Source: Ruminococcus albus 7 = DSM 20455 (GTDB taxonomy: Bacteria; Bacillota; Clostridia; Oscillospirales; Ruminococcaceae). From it: DNA of 32,000 nucleotides. Location: NCBI RefSeq assembly GCF_000179635.2, contig NC_014833.1, positions 1,560,001 through 1,592,000 on the forward strand, written 5' to 3'. Made by a program: the position numbers and the translations under genes. Positions 1 to 7,905 of the stretch are shown here, piece by piece (the stretch's first letter is position 1; every line of letters starts with the position of its first letter). Under the pieces are notes generated by a model. That model searched no databases. It had not been told where the DNA came from and saw only the letters and a program-made list of their open reading frames with translations.

Positions 1-748
1 GAATATATTGAAGCTGCTTTTTGATCGCTTTTCTGATCTTTTTCGCACCGCGCTTTCTGCATTTGGCAAGTGCAAGATAGTCTTTTCTTGCCTTTTGATG
101 GTACATTCTCGGTCTGTAAAATCCGTATTTATCGGAGACTCTGCACAGCATATCTTCAAGCTTTTCACGAACTTCATTCAGCAGCTCAATGTCCTGAGGA
201 TACTTGATATTCTGCGGCGCACAGGTCGCATCAAGGATCAGTGTGCCAGAGTTTTCAGTTTTTTCTTCGGAATCATTTGCTGGATCTTGCTGATCGGGCT
301 GACCTCCGTTTCCACTCACGTCATCAGAATCGTCATTGTCTTGCTGCGAGTTGTACTCGATGATCATTTCATTGATCTCGTTGAGAACATCCTCCGATAG
401 TCTTTTGCGGAATTCCACGAGAAGCGAAGGTACGAACGGAATCTTATCCTCATATCCGGGCAGCCCGATGAAATACTGGTAGTACGGGTTCTCTCTGATC
501 TGTTCGACGAGTTCTTCGTCCGGATAATGATATTGCTTCTGTATCAACAGCGAACCGAGTGCCATGCGGAGAGGCTTTGCGGGCATACCGGTATGGCTCG
601 GGAACAGCCTGGCATATTCAGCTTCAATTGTTTCCCAAGGGATCATTTCTGCTTTCTTTACCCAGCGGTTATCCGGGTTCATTTGCAAACCAAGCGGTTG
701 ATTGAAATCTGTGAATGAAATCTGTTTTTCTTTCTTGAACTTATACAT
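1..748 (-). CDS. IS5/IS1182-superfamily DDE transposase, N-terminal ~249 aa (rest lies beyond the left window edge)
   Basis: Not in the ORF track because it is open at the edge. Reverse-strand translation from the ATG (complement of 746-748) reads MYKFKKEKQISFTDFNQPLGLQMNPDNRWVKKAEMIPWETIEAEYARLFPSHTGMPAKPLRMALGSLLIQKQYHYPDEELVEQIRENPYYQYFIGLPGYEDKIPFVPSLLVEFRKRL... and later ...GTLILDATCAPQNIKYPQDIELL, with no stop down to nt 1. This is the InsH-N/DUF772-type transposase N-domain followed by the start of a DDE core. A GGAGGA SD lies at the complement of 753-758. Confidence 0.85.
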   Translation of the reverse strand, partial: MYKFKKEKQISFTDFNQPLGLQMNPDNRWVKKAEMIPWETIEAEYARLFPSHTGMPAKPLRMALGSLLIQKQYHYPDEELVEQIRENPYYQYFIGLPGYEDKIPFVPSLLVEFRKRLSEDVLNEINEMIIEYNSQQDNDDSDDVSGNGGQPDQQDPANDSEEKTENSGTLILDATCAPQNIKYPQDIELLNEVREKLEDMLCRVSDKYGFYRPRMYHQKARKDYLALAKCRKRGAKKIRKAIKKQLQYI

Positions 749-893
749 GGCATCCTCCGAAGTGCAAGCTTTTTTCTCGTTTTGATTACTTTTTCTTGCA
801 CTTCTATTATACCATATTGGGTTGGATTTGTCGATATTTCGTCGCTTTATTGCTGTGTGAGGAGAGACTAAATAGATTGTTATACGGTGATAG

Positions 894-1499
894 TCACCTC
901 AGATCGTTGATGTCAAATGCTGTGTAGCCCTCATAGTAATAGCTGGTGTCAATGCCTTTCATGAATACTTCACGATCTTCTGTTTTATCTGTAAGGGCAT
1001 TTTTGAGCAGTATATTTATCTCTGTAGAGCGAATAGGACTTCTCTCCATAGCAAGTAGATAGTCCTCCTTATCTATTAAGCTCCAGTCAACGACTTTTTT
1101 CAGTTCGTTCTTGAAAATGTGGTCGAGCCATATCCTTGTTGCTCTTCCGTTTCCCTCACGGAATGGGTGACAGATATTCATCTCAACGTATTTTGCAACG
1201 ATATCATCAAAAGTTGTTTGCGGCATCTGTTCTACTGTTTTCAATGACTGATCCAGATACATAACAGGTGCAAAACGAAAACTGCCTTTTGCGATATTCA
1301 CGGTGCGGATCTTTCCTGCAAAGTAGTAAATATCCTCAAAAAGTGTTTTATTGATGAACATGAGTGTATCAATTGTACCTGCCTTTTTTGTGGCAAGCAT
1401 ATTCTGTTCAAATAGTGTAATTGCTTTCTGTTTTGAAATGCGTTCTTCTTCTCTTGCCAGCTCCGCCGAGCTTTGTGCATTTATCTTATTTTCAAGCAT
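894..1499 (-). CDS. Fic family protein (AMPylase), class III with C-terminal auto-inhibitory motif
   Basis: 201-aa ORF with the canonical Fic motif HPFREGNGRATR (HxFx[DE]GNGRxxR). The C-terminal TSYYYEG fits the [ST]xxxE[GN] inhibitory-helix motif. An AAGAGGTG SD (complement of 1505-1512) lies 5 nt before the ATG. Confidence 0.9.
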   Translation of the reverse strand: MLENKINAQSSAELAREEERISKQKAITLFEQNMLATKKAGTIDTLMFINKTLFEDIYYFAGKIRTVNIAKGSFRFAPVMYLDQSLKTVEQMPQTTFDDIVAKYVEMNICHPFREGNGRATRIWLDHIFKNELKKVVDWSLIDKEDYLLAMERSPIRSTEINILLKNALTDKTEDREVFMKGIDTSYYYEGYTAFDINDLR

Positions 1500-1921
1500 T
1501 ATTGCACCTCTTCGTGATCCGTGAGCAAGGTATTTCCTATTTCTATTATAGTATATCCGAAACAGGAGTGTTTGTCAACCCATTACACATTGTGAGCGTT
1601 ATCTATGTGCTTACGTATTTCTTCACGCTCTGTCATATCCAGCTTGCCGCGCCTGATAGTCATTTTTATTATTTTTTCGACTTCGCTCAGATTATTGTTT
1701 TTATACTCGTTAGTGAACTGTCCTCCCGACAGATATCCTCTGTTTTTATATATTCACGGAGATACTCTGAATAAGCTTCTGATAGGGCAGATAATAATAT
1801 ATGGTGGTATATGATGTGTTGAATGGATATACGTATATTGTATATAGAGCTCATATACAATTTTGTTAAGATACTACAACAACGAAAGATATATTTTGGT
1901 AATATTTCGTGAATGGCGGGG

Positions 1922-1950
1922 TTGACAAGCATGTATATGTCTGATATAAT
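1922..1950 (+). promoter_or_regulatory. sigma-A type promoter, perfect consensus (TTGACA-17-TATAAT)
   Basis: TTGACA at 1922-1927, a 17-nt spacer, TATAAT at 1945-1950. It sits 41 nt upstream of the GntR ATG. Confidence 0.75.
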
Positions 1951-1969
1951 GTATATATCAAATATATAC
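1951..1969. promoter_or_regulatory. Perfect 8-3-8 palindrome, candidate GntR/YtrA operator
   Basis: GTATATAT-caa-ATATATAC directly abuts the -10 box and so covers the expected transcription start of the regulator's own operon. Confidence 0.5.
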
Positions 1970-1990
1970 GCATGAAGGTGAGTACTCATT

Positions 1991-2365
1991 ATGGATATAA
2001 TTATATCAAATTCAACAGGCGAGCCTATATACGAACAGATAGTTTCACAGATAAAGGCTCAGATAATGTCAGGCGAACTGAAGGCAGGGGACGCTCTTCC
2101 TTCGATGAGAGCACTGGCGCAGGCGCTTCGCATAAGCGTGATAACCACAAAGCGTGCATACGAAGAACTTGAAAGAGACGGTTTTATCGAATCTTACACA
2201 GGCAAGGGCAGCTTTGTAAAAACGCAGAACGCGGAGCTTCTGAAAGAGGAATATCTCAGGAAAGTTGAAGCACTTCTCGGTGAAGCCTGCGATACTGCAA
2301 AGATGTGTGATATTTCTCTGGAGGAAATGATCTCCATTGTAGAAATGATATACGGAGGTAACTGA
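1991..2365 (+). CDS. GntR family transcriptional regulator, YtrA subfamily (short C-terminal domain)
   Basis: 124 aa. The N-terminal winged HTH EPIYEQIVSQIKAQIMSGELKAGDALPSMRALAQALRISVITTKRAYEELERDGFIESYTGKGSFV is typical of GntR. The short helical C-terminus and the downstream ABC genes are typical of YtrA-type loci. Confidence 0.9.
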   Translation: MDIIISNSTGEPIYEQIVSQIKAQIMSGELKAGDALPSMRALAQALRISVITTKRAYEELERDGFIESYTGKGSFVKTQNAELLKEEYLRKVEALLGEACDTAKMCDISLEEMISIVEMIYGGN

Positions 2366-2366
2366 T

Positions 2367-3245
2367 ATGAACGACTATGCAAATGCAATAGAGATAAACG
2401 GGCTGACCAAAAAATATGACGGCTTCACACTGGACAAGCTTAGCTTTAATGTCCCGAAAGGGAGTATAATGGGATTTATCGGGCAGAACGGTGCGGGAAA
2501 ATCCACAACGATAAATACGATACTGAATATCGTCAAAGCGGACGAGGGCAGCATTAAAGTCATGGGGCTTGACCACATCAAAGACGAGAACGAGATAAAG
2601 CGGAACATCGCAGCGGTGTTCGATGAACTGCCATTCAATGAACAGCTGAACGCTAATGATATCGACTTTATATTTCAGGACTTGTTTGAAAACTGGGATA
2701 GTGAAACTTATTTCGGATATCTGGACAGGTTCGCGCTGCCGAGAAAGAAGAAATTTGGGCAATTCTCAAAGGGGATGAAGATGAAACTGCAGATAGCTTC
2801 TGCGCTTTCACACGGGGCTAAGCTGCTGATAATGGACGAAGCCACAACAGGTCTTGACCCTGTGGTGCGTAACGAGATACTTGATATATTCCTGGAATAT
2901 CTTCAGGACGAGGACAACTCTATACTGATGTCATCCCACATAACATCTGACCTTGAAAAGATAGCGGACAGTGTTACATTCATCGACAAGGGAAAGCTTC
3001 TGCTGACAGGCTACAAGGACGATATACTTGACAGTCACGGTATTCTCAAATGCACTAAGAAAGACTTTGCCGAGATAGAAAAGTCTGACTTCATCAGCGC
3101 AAGACTGACGGATTTCGGGGCTGATGTAATGGTCGCAGACCGTCGTGCCGCTGCAAAGAAGTATTCCGGCATAACGATAGACAAAACTACTCTGGAGGAT
3201 ATAATGCTGTTCTACGTCAGCCGCGGGAAAAAGGAGTGGAGATAA
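2367..3245 (+). CDS. ABC transporter ATP-binding protein
   Basis: Walker A GQNGAGKST, an ABC signature-like FSKGMKMKL, and Walker B LLIMDEATTGLD. The start lies 1 nt after the GntR stop, with a GGAGG SD at 2354-2358. Confidence 0.93.
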   Translation: MNDYANAIEINGLTKKYDGFTLDKLSFNVPKGSIMGFIGQNGAGKSTTINTILNIVKADEGSIKVMGLDHIKDENEIKRNIAAVFDELPFNEQLNANDIDFIFQDLFENWDSETYFGYLDRFALPRKKKFGQFSKGMKMKLQIASALSHGAKLLIMDEATTGLDPVVRNEILDIFLEYLQDEDNSILMSSHITSDLEKIADSVTFIDKGKLLLTGYKDDILDSHGILKCTKKDFAEIEKSDFISARLTDFGADVMVADRRAAAKKYSGITIDKTTLEDIMLFYVSRGKKEWR

Positions 3246-4012
3246 TGAACAGAAGATATTTCGCCATGTTCAAACATGATGTGATACTGGCAAAGAAAAC
3301 GCTGATACTGTCGGCAGTGGGATATATCTCTATGCTGATACTGTCCGTACTGGTATTTATGAGCGCGAAGTACGGCAACCTTGCTAAAAATGCGGCAAAG
3401 GATGATGTTATGCCAATATTCAGATCGATGATGATATTTATTGGTATTTCCGCTTCTATGATACCGATGTTATGCTTTGATAACAACACTCTTATCTCGG
3501 ATATTAAATGCGGCTGGCAGAAATTCACCTACACTTCTCCACTATCCGTAAATGAACAGCTTAGATACAGATATGGCTTGAAAATAGCAGGGTTGCTGTT
3601 ATCACACGTATTTTCAGCTATACAGATAGGAACGATAGTTATGGCTGACGGCAAGGGGCTTACAAAGACCGATGCGCTTATTACAGTATTTATATACGGG
3701 TATTTGTACATAATGGAAATGATTTCGATACCGCTTTATATAAAATTCAAAAACAGCGACAAGGCAGGAATGGCAAGTATGCTGCTTATCATGGTTCTGA
3801 TGATACCTGTAGTATTCCTGTTCAAGGATAAGGGCGATAAACTTAAAGAAATATCAGAGGTCAACGGCGGCGTGATCAGATTTAACGAGATGGTCGACTT
3901 GTTGGGTATTGATTTACCACTTATCGCCGCTGCTACAGCTGTGCTTATGGCGGTATCTCATATAGTATCCTATATGTGTACCAAAAAACTGTTGGAAAAG
4001 AAGGTGTGCTGA
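3245..4012 (+). CDS. ABC-2-type transporter membrane protein (ABC2_membrane_5-like)
   Basis: Polytopic hydrophobic protein. The ATG at 3245 overlaps the TAA of the ATPase gene (TAATG), with an AAGGAG SD at 3231-3236. The GTG at 3236 given in the ORF track is less likely. The family call rests on context and N-terminal resemblance to its neighbour. Confidence 0.7.
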   Translation: MNRRYFAMFKHDVILAKKTLILSAVGYISMLILSVLVFMSAKYGNLAKNAAKDDVMPIFRSMMIFIGISASMIPMLCFDNNTLISDIKCGWQKFTYTSPLSVNEQLRYRYGLKIAGLLLSHVFSAIQIGTIVMADGKGLTKTDALITVFIYGYLYIMEMISIPLYIKFKNSDKAGMASMLLIMVLMIPVVFLFKDKGDKLKEISEVNGGVIRFNEMVDLLGIDLPLIAAATAVLMAVSHIVSYMCTKKLLEKKVC

Positions 4013-4013
4013 T

Positions 4014-4760
4014 ATGCTGGGACTTATATATAAAGACTTTAAGATATATCGTAACACCTTTCTGTGCCTGCTGTGTGTGCTGCTGTTATCTAAAGGGTTC
4101 ATAATGCTGCCTGTGGCTGTCGGCACTGAGGAATTCAAGGACGCTATGAACTCAATGCCTGCATTATTCGGTATGATGTGCGCAGGCGGTACGGTGATAT
4201 CATTCTATATCGCAGGTATGTTCCAGGAGAGTCTTATCTCGGGAGATGAGCAGAAAAAATGGGCGTACTTCATCACTTCAACAGATGACGGCATAAAGCG
4301 CATGGTTGGCAGCAAGTATATCATAATACTGATATACTCGATGATGACTGCATTCATGTGCAGCTTTATGAACAAGCTCTGTGCCGATATCATAGGGCAG
4401 GATGCGCCCGATAACACCAATCTTATACTTTTGCTTTTCTTTGTACAGCTGATGTGCAGGGGATTCAGTGTACCGTTCTTATTCGCATTCGGTTCAAAGA
4501 AAGGCAACACGGTAAGGCTTACAGCTGTTATAACTGTGATAATAGCAGGGCTTATCTACGGGCTTTTCGGTGACCTGAGCATTATAAATCCGGAAAAGAT
4601 ATGGGAAATGCTGATGGATATGATGACAGACCTTTCGCAGAACTGGAAGCTGATGCTGGGACAGGCGATGTTCTTCGTGATAGTAATCGTTATGTATATA
4701 GTATCGTATAAGCTGTCTTGCAGATATTATCTGAAAGGGGTGGAGCACTATGACAAGTAA
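4014..4760 (+). CDS. ABC-2-type transporter membrane protein (ABC2_membrane_5-like)
   Basis: The N-terminus MLGLIYKDFKIYRNTF resembles the MKGLLxKDxxLxK start typical of this permease family. About 6 TM segments. It starts 1 nt after the previous stop. Confidence 0.7.
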   Translation: MLGLIYKDFKIYRNTFLCLLCVLLLSKGFIMLPVAVGTEEFKDAMNSMPALFGMMCAGGTVISFYIAGMFQESLISGDEQKKWAYFITSTDDGIKRMVGSKYIIILIYSMMTAFMCSFMNKLCADIIGQDAPDNTNLILLLFFVQLMCRGFSVPFLFAFGSKKGNTVRLTAVITVIIAGLIYGLFGDLSIINPEKIWEMLMDMMTDLSQNWKLMLGQAMFFVIVIVMYIVSYKLSCRYYLKGVEHYDK

Positions 4761-5616
4761 TGAAAAAAAGCTGACATTAAAGCGGATAGCCATATTCATA
4801 ATGCTTTGCTACATCCCCAACTATGTGCTGGAGATAGTTTTTTCAGACCACAATGGCGGAATGACCTCTGCGGCGGCAGGCTTGACGATAATGCTTTATC
4901 CTGCTATAGCTAATATCCTCACACGTATCATAACGAAAGAGGGCAAGGGCGAACACTATCTGAAAGCGCATTTCAAAAAGCACAAGGGGATATACATCGC
5001 GGCGGCTGTTTCACCGCTGATTATGGGTATCATCAATCTGCTTGTTTGCCATTTCGTATTGGACAGCCAAACCGATATGGGTGATATGCTGAACCAGAAC
5101 CTGTACGGGTCGGGTTTAAGGACGCTGATACCACTCATACTTTTATCATATATGGTTTGTATACCATTCATCGTAATGGGATTTGGTGAGGAATTCGGGT
5201 GGAGGGCTTACCTTACACCTAAGCTTGAAAAGTTCATGCCGAGATTTCCTGCCTGCTGTATCACAGGCGTGATATGGGCAGTATGGCACGCGCCGCTTAT
5301 ATGGTACGGGTACGATTTCGGCAGGGATTACCCCGGATTCCCTTATGTGGGAGTTATCGCCATGTGTGCGGTATGCATACCCCTAAGTTATGTACTGACA
5401 TGGATGACAGAGAAAACGAAGTCGGTATACCCTGCGGCTATATGTCACATGGTGATAGATAATGTGATGAACATACCGGCGCTGACGATGATATCTGAAA
5501 AGACAATAAAAGACAATTCTCTGCTTTTCGGTATACTTGCGCTGGGACTTGTGCCTGCTGCAGCAACTATAGGGATAATGATAGCTGAAAAGATCAAGTC
5601 TGAAAAAGCGGCATAA
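4750..5616 (+). CDS. CPBP family intramembrane glutamic endopeptidase (CAAX protease / bacteriocin self-immunity type)
   Basis: Motif 1 EEFGWR (EExxxR), motif 2 WAVWH (FxxxH-like) and motif 3 HMVIDN (HxxxN/D) sit in a polytopic membrane protein. It overlaps the previous gene by 11 nt. Confidence 0.85.
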   Translation: MTSNEKKLTLKRIAIFIMLCYIPNYVLEIVFSDHNGGMTSAAAGLTIMLYPAIANILTRIITKEGKGEHYLKAHFKKHKGIYIAAAVSPLIMGIINLLVCHFVLDSQTDMGDMLNQNLYGSGLRTLIPLILLSYMVCIPFIVMGFGEEFGWRAYLTPKLEKFMPRFPACCITGVIWAVWHAPLIWYGYDFGRDYPGFPYVGVIAMCAVCIPLSYVLTWMTEKTKSVYPAAICHMVIDNVMNIPALTMISEKTIKDNSLLFGILALGLVPAAATIGIMIAEKIKSEKAA

Positions 5617-5910
5617 AACAAAAGTCACTTAAAAGCCAAAAGACATAGAGGTGCTATTGCAGCTTGTATCCACTTAACTTTTCTTGCGGTATCACGACTA
5701 CCACCGGCAGGTCTATCGATCCGATAGACATTATAATTTGCACAAAATATTCGCAAAATATCCGAAGATTTTTAATTGTGTAAAAATTGAATTTTTTTGC
5801 CATATTGAATGACCTGAGCGGTTAGTGAAGTTTGGCATCAACAAAAAATGACCATTTTTCAGGGCTTTATGCAGATACATCATTATATGATGCGTGATAA
5901 TTGGTCAACG

Positions 5911-5939
5911 TTGAAAAATCGGGCAAAATGTGGTATAAT
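5911..5939 (+). promoter_or_regulatory. sigma-A promoter with extended -10 (TTGAAA-17-TGgTATAAT)
   Basis: TTGAAA at 5911-5916, TG at 5931-5932, TATAAT at 5934-5939. It lies upstream of the MATE gene. Confidence 0.65.
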
Positions 5940-6009
5940 AATACAGTGATATTCTGATAAGCTGCGGTTGATATCAGCCGCAGCTTGTTCATGGTATGGA
6001 GATGTTAAA

Positions 6010-7368
6010 ATGAATAAAAATATGGATATGCTTCACGGAACCATCGGTGACAAACTGATGACCTTTGCACTTCCGTTGGCTGCAACCGGTATTTTGCAGC
6101 AGCTTTTCAATGCAGCGGATATCGCGGTGGTAGGGCGCTGTGTCGGGAAAAATGCGATGGCAGCTGTGGGCAGCAACACCCCTGTAACAGCGCTGATACT
6201 CAGCCTTTTCACAGGTATCTCGATAGGTGCGAATGTCGTGATATCAACGCTTATCGGTCAGCGGAAACCAGAAAAAGTCAACAAAGCGGTACACACCGCA
6301 CTGCTGTTTGCATTTGTGGGCGGTGTGATATTTGCATTGATATGTGAACTTCTGTCGCGGCAGATCCTCAGCCGTATGTCGATACCCGATGAAGTATTCA
6401 GCATGGCGCTGCTATACTTCCGTGTTTATGTGGCAGGAATGCCCGTAATACTTTTGTACGACTTTGCCTCGGCGGTATTCCGAAGTCACGGCAATACCCG
6501 CACACCGCTGATATGTCTGCTGACATCGGGTGTAATAAACGTTCTGCTTAACCTGTTTTTCGTGCTGGTGCTGGATATGACGGTCAACGGCGTGGCGCTG
6601 GCAACTGTTATATCAAACCTGATAAGTTCGGTACTGCTGATATATTTTCTCATACGTGAAAACTCGGAGATACATTTCTCTTTTAAAAAACTCGGTATCG
6701 ACAAAAAGCAGCTTAGCATGATGATAAACATCGGACTGCCAGCAGGCATTCAGGGCATGGTATTCGCCATATCCAACATAATCATACAGTCCTCGATAAA
6801 CAAGCTGGGCAGCGATGTTATGGCGGCATCATCTGCGGCATTCAACATCGAGATATTCGCCTACTACATACTAAATTCCTTCGGGCAGGCATGTACCACA
6901 TTCGTGGGACAGAATTACGGTGCCAAGCAGCCGGATAGGTGCATAAAAGCCACAAAGATCGCGCTGGTACAGGACATGGTCATCACAGTGGTGTTTTCGA
7001 TGCTGATACTTCTGGCAGGCAGACCGCTGTTACACATTTTTAACTCGAATGAAGCAGTAATATCCGTCGGCATGATACGCATTAAGTATGTACTGCTGAG
7101 CGAGGGAATAAATGTCATCATCGAGATAATGTCGGGCTGTATGCGCGGCTACGGACGTTCATTCATACCTGCGCTGATATGCACAGTCGGCATCTGCGGA
7201 GTGCGAATAACATGGGTGTACAAGGTGTTCGCTTACCACAAAACGTATGCCACACTGCTAAAAGCCTACCCACTCAGCTGGGCAGCGACCTGTGCGGCAC
7301 TGGTAATAGCATACACTATACTGCGAAGAATTACGATGAAAGATTTCTTTGAGAGAAAATCAGCCTGA
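6010..7368 (+). CDS. MATE family efflux transporter
   Basis: 12-TM protein whose N-terminus GDKLMTFALPLAATGILQQLFNAADIAVVGR is typical of MATE/NorM. The ATG at 6010 (MNKNMDML) follows a GGAGA SD. The TTG at 5968 in the ORF track lies inside a leader hairpin and is unlikely. Confidence 0.9.
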   Translation: MNKNMDMLHGTIGDKLMTFALPLAATGILQQLFNAADIAVVGRCVGKNAMAAVGSNTPVTALILSLFTGISIGANVVISTLIGQRKPEKVNKAVHTALLFAFVGGVIFALICELLSRQILSRMSIPDEVFSMALLYFRVYVAGMPVILLYDFASAVFRSHGNTRTPLICLLTSGVINVLLNLFFVLVLDMTVNGVALATVISNLISSVLLIYFLIRENSEIHFSFKKLGIDKKQLSMMINIGLPAGIQGMVFAISNIIIQSSINKLGSDVMAASSAAFNIEIFAYYILNSFGQACTTFVGQNYGAKQPDRCIKATKIALVQDMVITVVFSMLILLAGRPLLHIFNSNEAVISVGMIRIKYVLLSEGINVIIEIMSGCMRGYGRSFIPALICTVGICGVRITWVYKVFAYHKTYATLLKAYPLSWAATCAALVIAYTILRRITMKDFFERKSA

Positions 7369-7399
7369 GTGATCACAACCAAGCCATTGTATAACAAAT

Positions 7400-7435
7400 A
7401 TAACGTTCGGCATACCTGCTATGTGTGGGTATGCT
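7400..7435 (+). terminator. Rho-independent terminator candidate after the MATE gene
   Basis: GCATACC (7400-7406) pairs with GGTATGC (7418-7424), followed by a T8 run at 7428-7435. Confidence 0.55.
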
Positions 7436-7807
7436 GATTTTTTTTATGGTTATTCCTCTGACACACCAAATTAAATGGTGTTATATCGGAACTTGAAATA
7501 CTTGGCGGATATCCTTTCCCCGCCTGCGGCGGTGGAAGGATAACATCAACAGGATGTTCTGTTATTATTCAGCACTTTGTGGTGGTGTGCTGAATGGATA
7601 CCCATGTATTTTTTACAGAAAAAGCATAAAGAAGCAGATACGGTCGGGTGCATTTGGGGGCGGTCTTTTACCCGATGTAGTATAAATTTATCGGTGCAAG
7701 ATAGTTATATTTGCAAAAACTTTGTATCAATTAACAAATTATAATACTATGATTTGTTTATGCCTACAAAACTCAAAGCGTGTATACGTTTACATTTAAT
7801 AAATCCA

Positions 7808-7836
7808 TTGACTTAAATTTAATCGTGTGTTAGAGT
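7808..7836 (+). promoter_or_regulatory. sigma-A promoter candidate for the GH5 mannanase (TTGACT-17-TAGAGT)
   Basis: TTGACT at 7808-7813, a 17-nt spacer, TAGAGT at 7831-7836. Confidence 0.55.
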
Positions 7837-7844
7837 AAATTTAA

Positions 7845-7856
7845 TGAAACGTTTCA
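7845..7856. promoter_or_regulatory. Perfect 12-bp palindrome TGAAACGTTTCA, LacI/GalR-family operator-like
   Basis: It sits 9 nt downstream of the -10 box and 50 nt upstream of the mannanase ATG. The AAACGTTT core is shared by Cra/RbsR/PurR-type operators (recalled from memory). Confidence 0.45.
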
Positions 7857-7905
7857 GAAACACAAGTAAACGATTTATCAAGAAAACCGAAAGGAAGCGA
7901 AAACA

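Noticed and set aside
8-400. 130-aa plus-strand ORF at the left edge
   Set aside because: It lies antisense to the much better supported transposase reading frame, which has recognisable DUF772/DDE motifs and an SD. It has low-complexity hydrophobic content and no SD.
1583-1663. 26-codon minus-strand ORF (MTIRRGKLDMTEREEIRKHIDNAHNV) upstream of Fic, considered as a VbhA-like antitoxin
   Set aside because: It has no (S/T)xxxE(G/N) motif and no convincing SD. The Fic protein carries its own C-terminal inhibitory motif (class III), so no antitoxin is expected. The longer stop-to-stop frame lacks a start codon.
1687-1989. 100-aa minus-strand ORF and the overlapping plus-strand ORFs (1421-1814)
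   Set aside because: They fall in the AT-rich divergent promoter region, and the minus-strand ORF overlaps the perfect promoter and operator of the GntR operon. Their composition is typical of random ORFs in AT-rich DNA.
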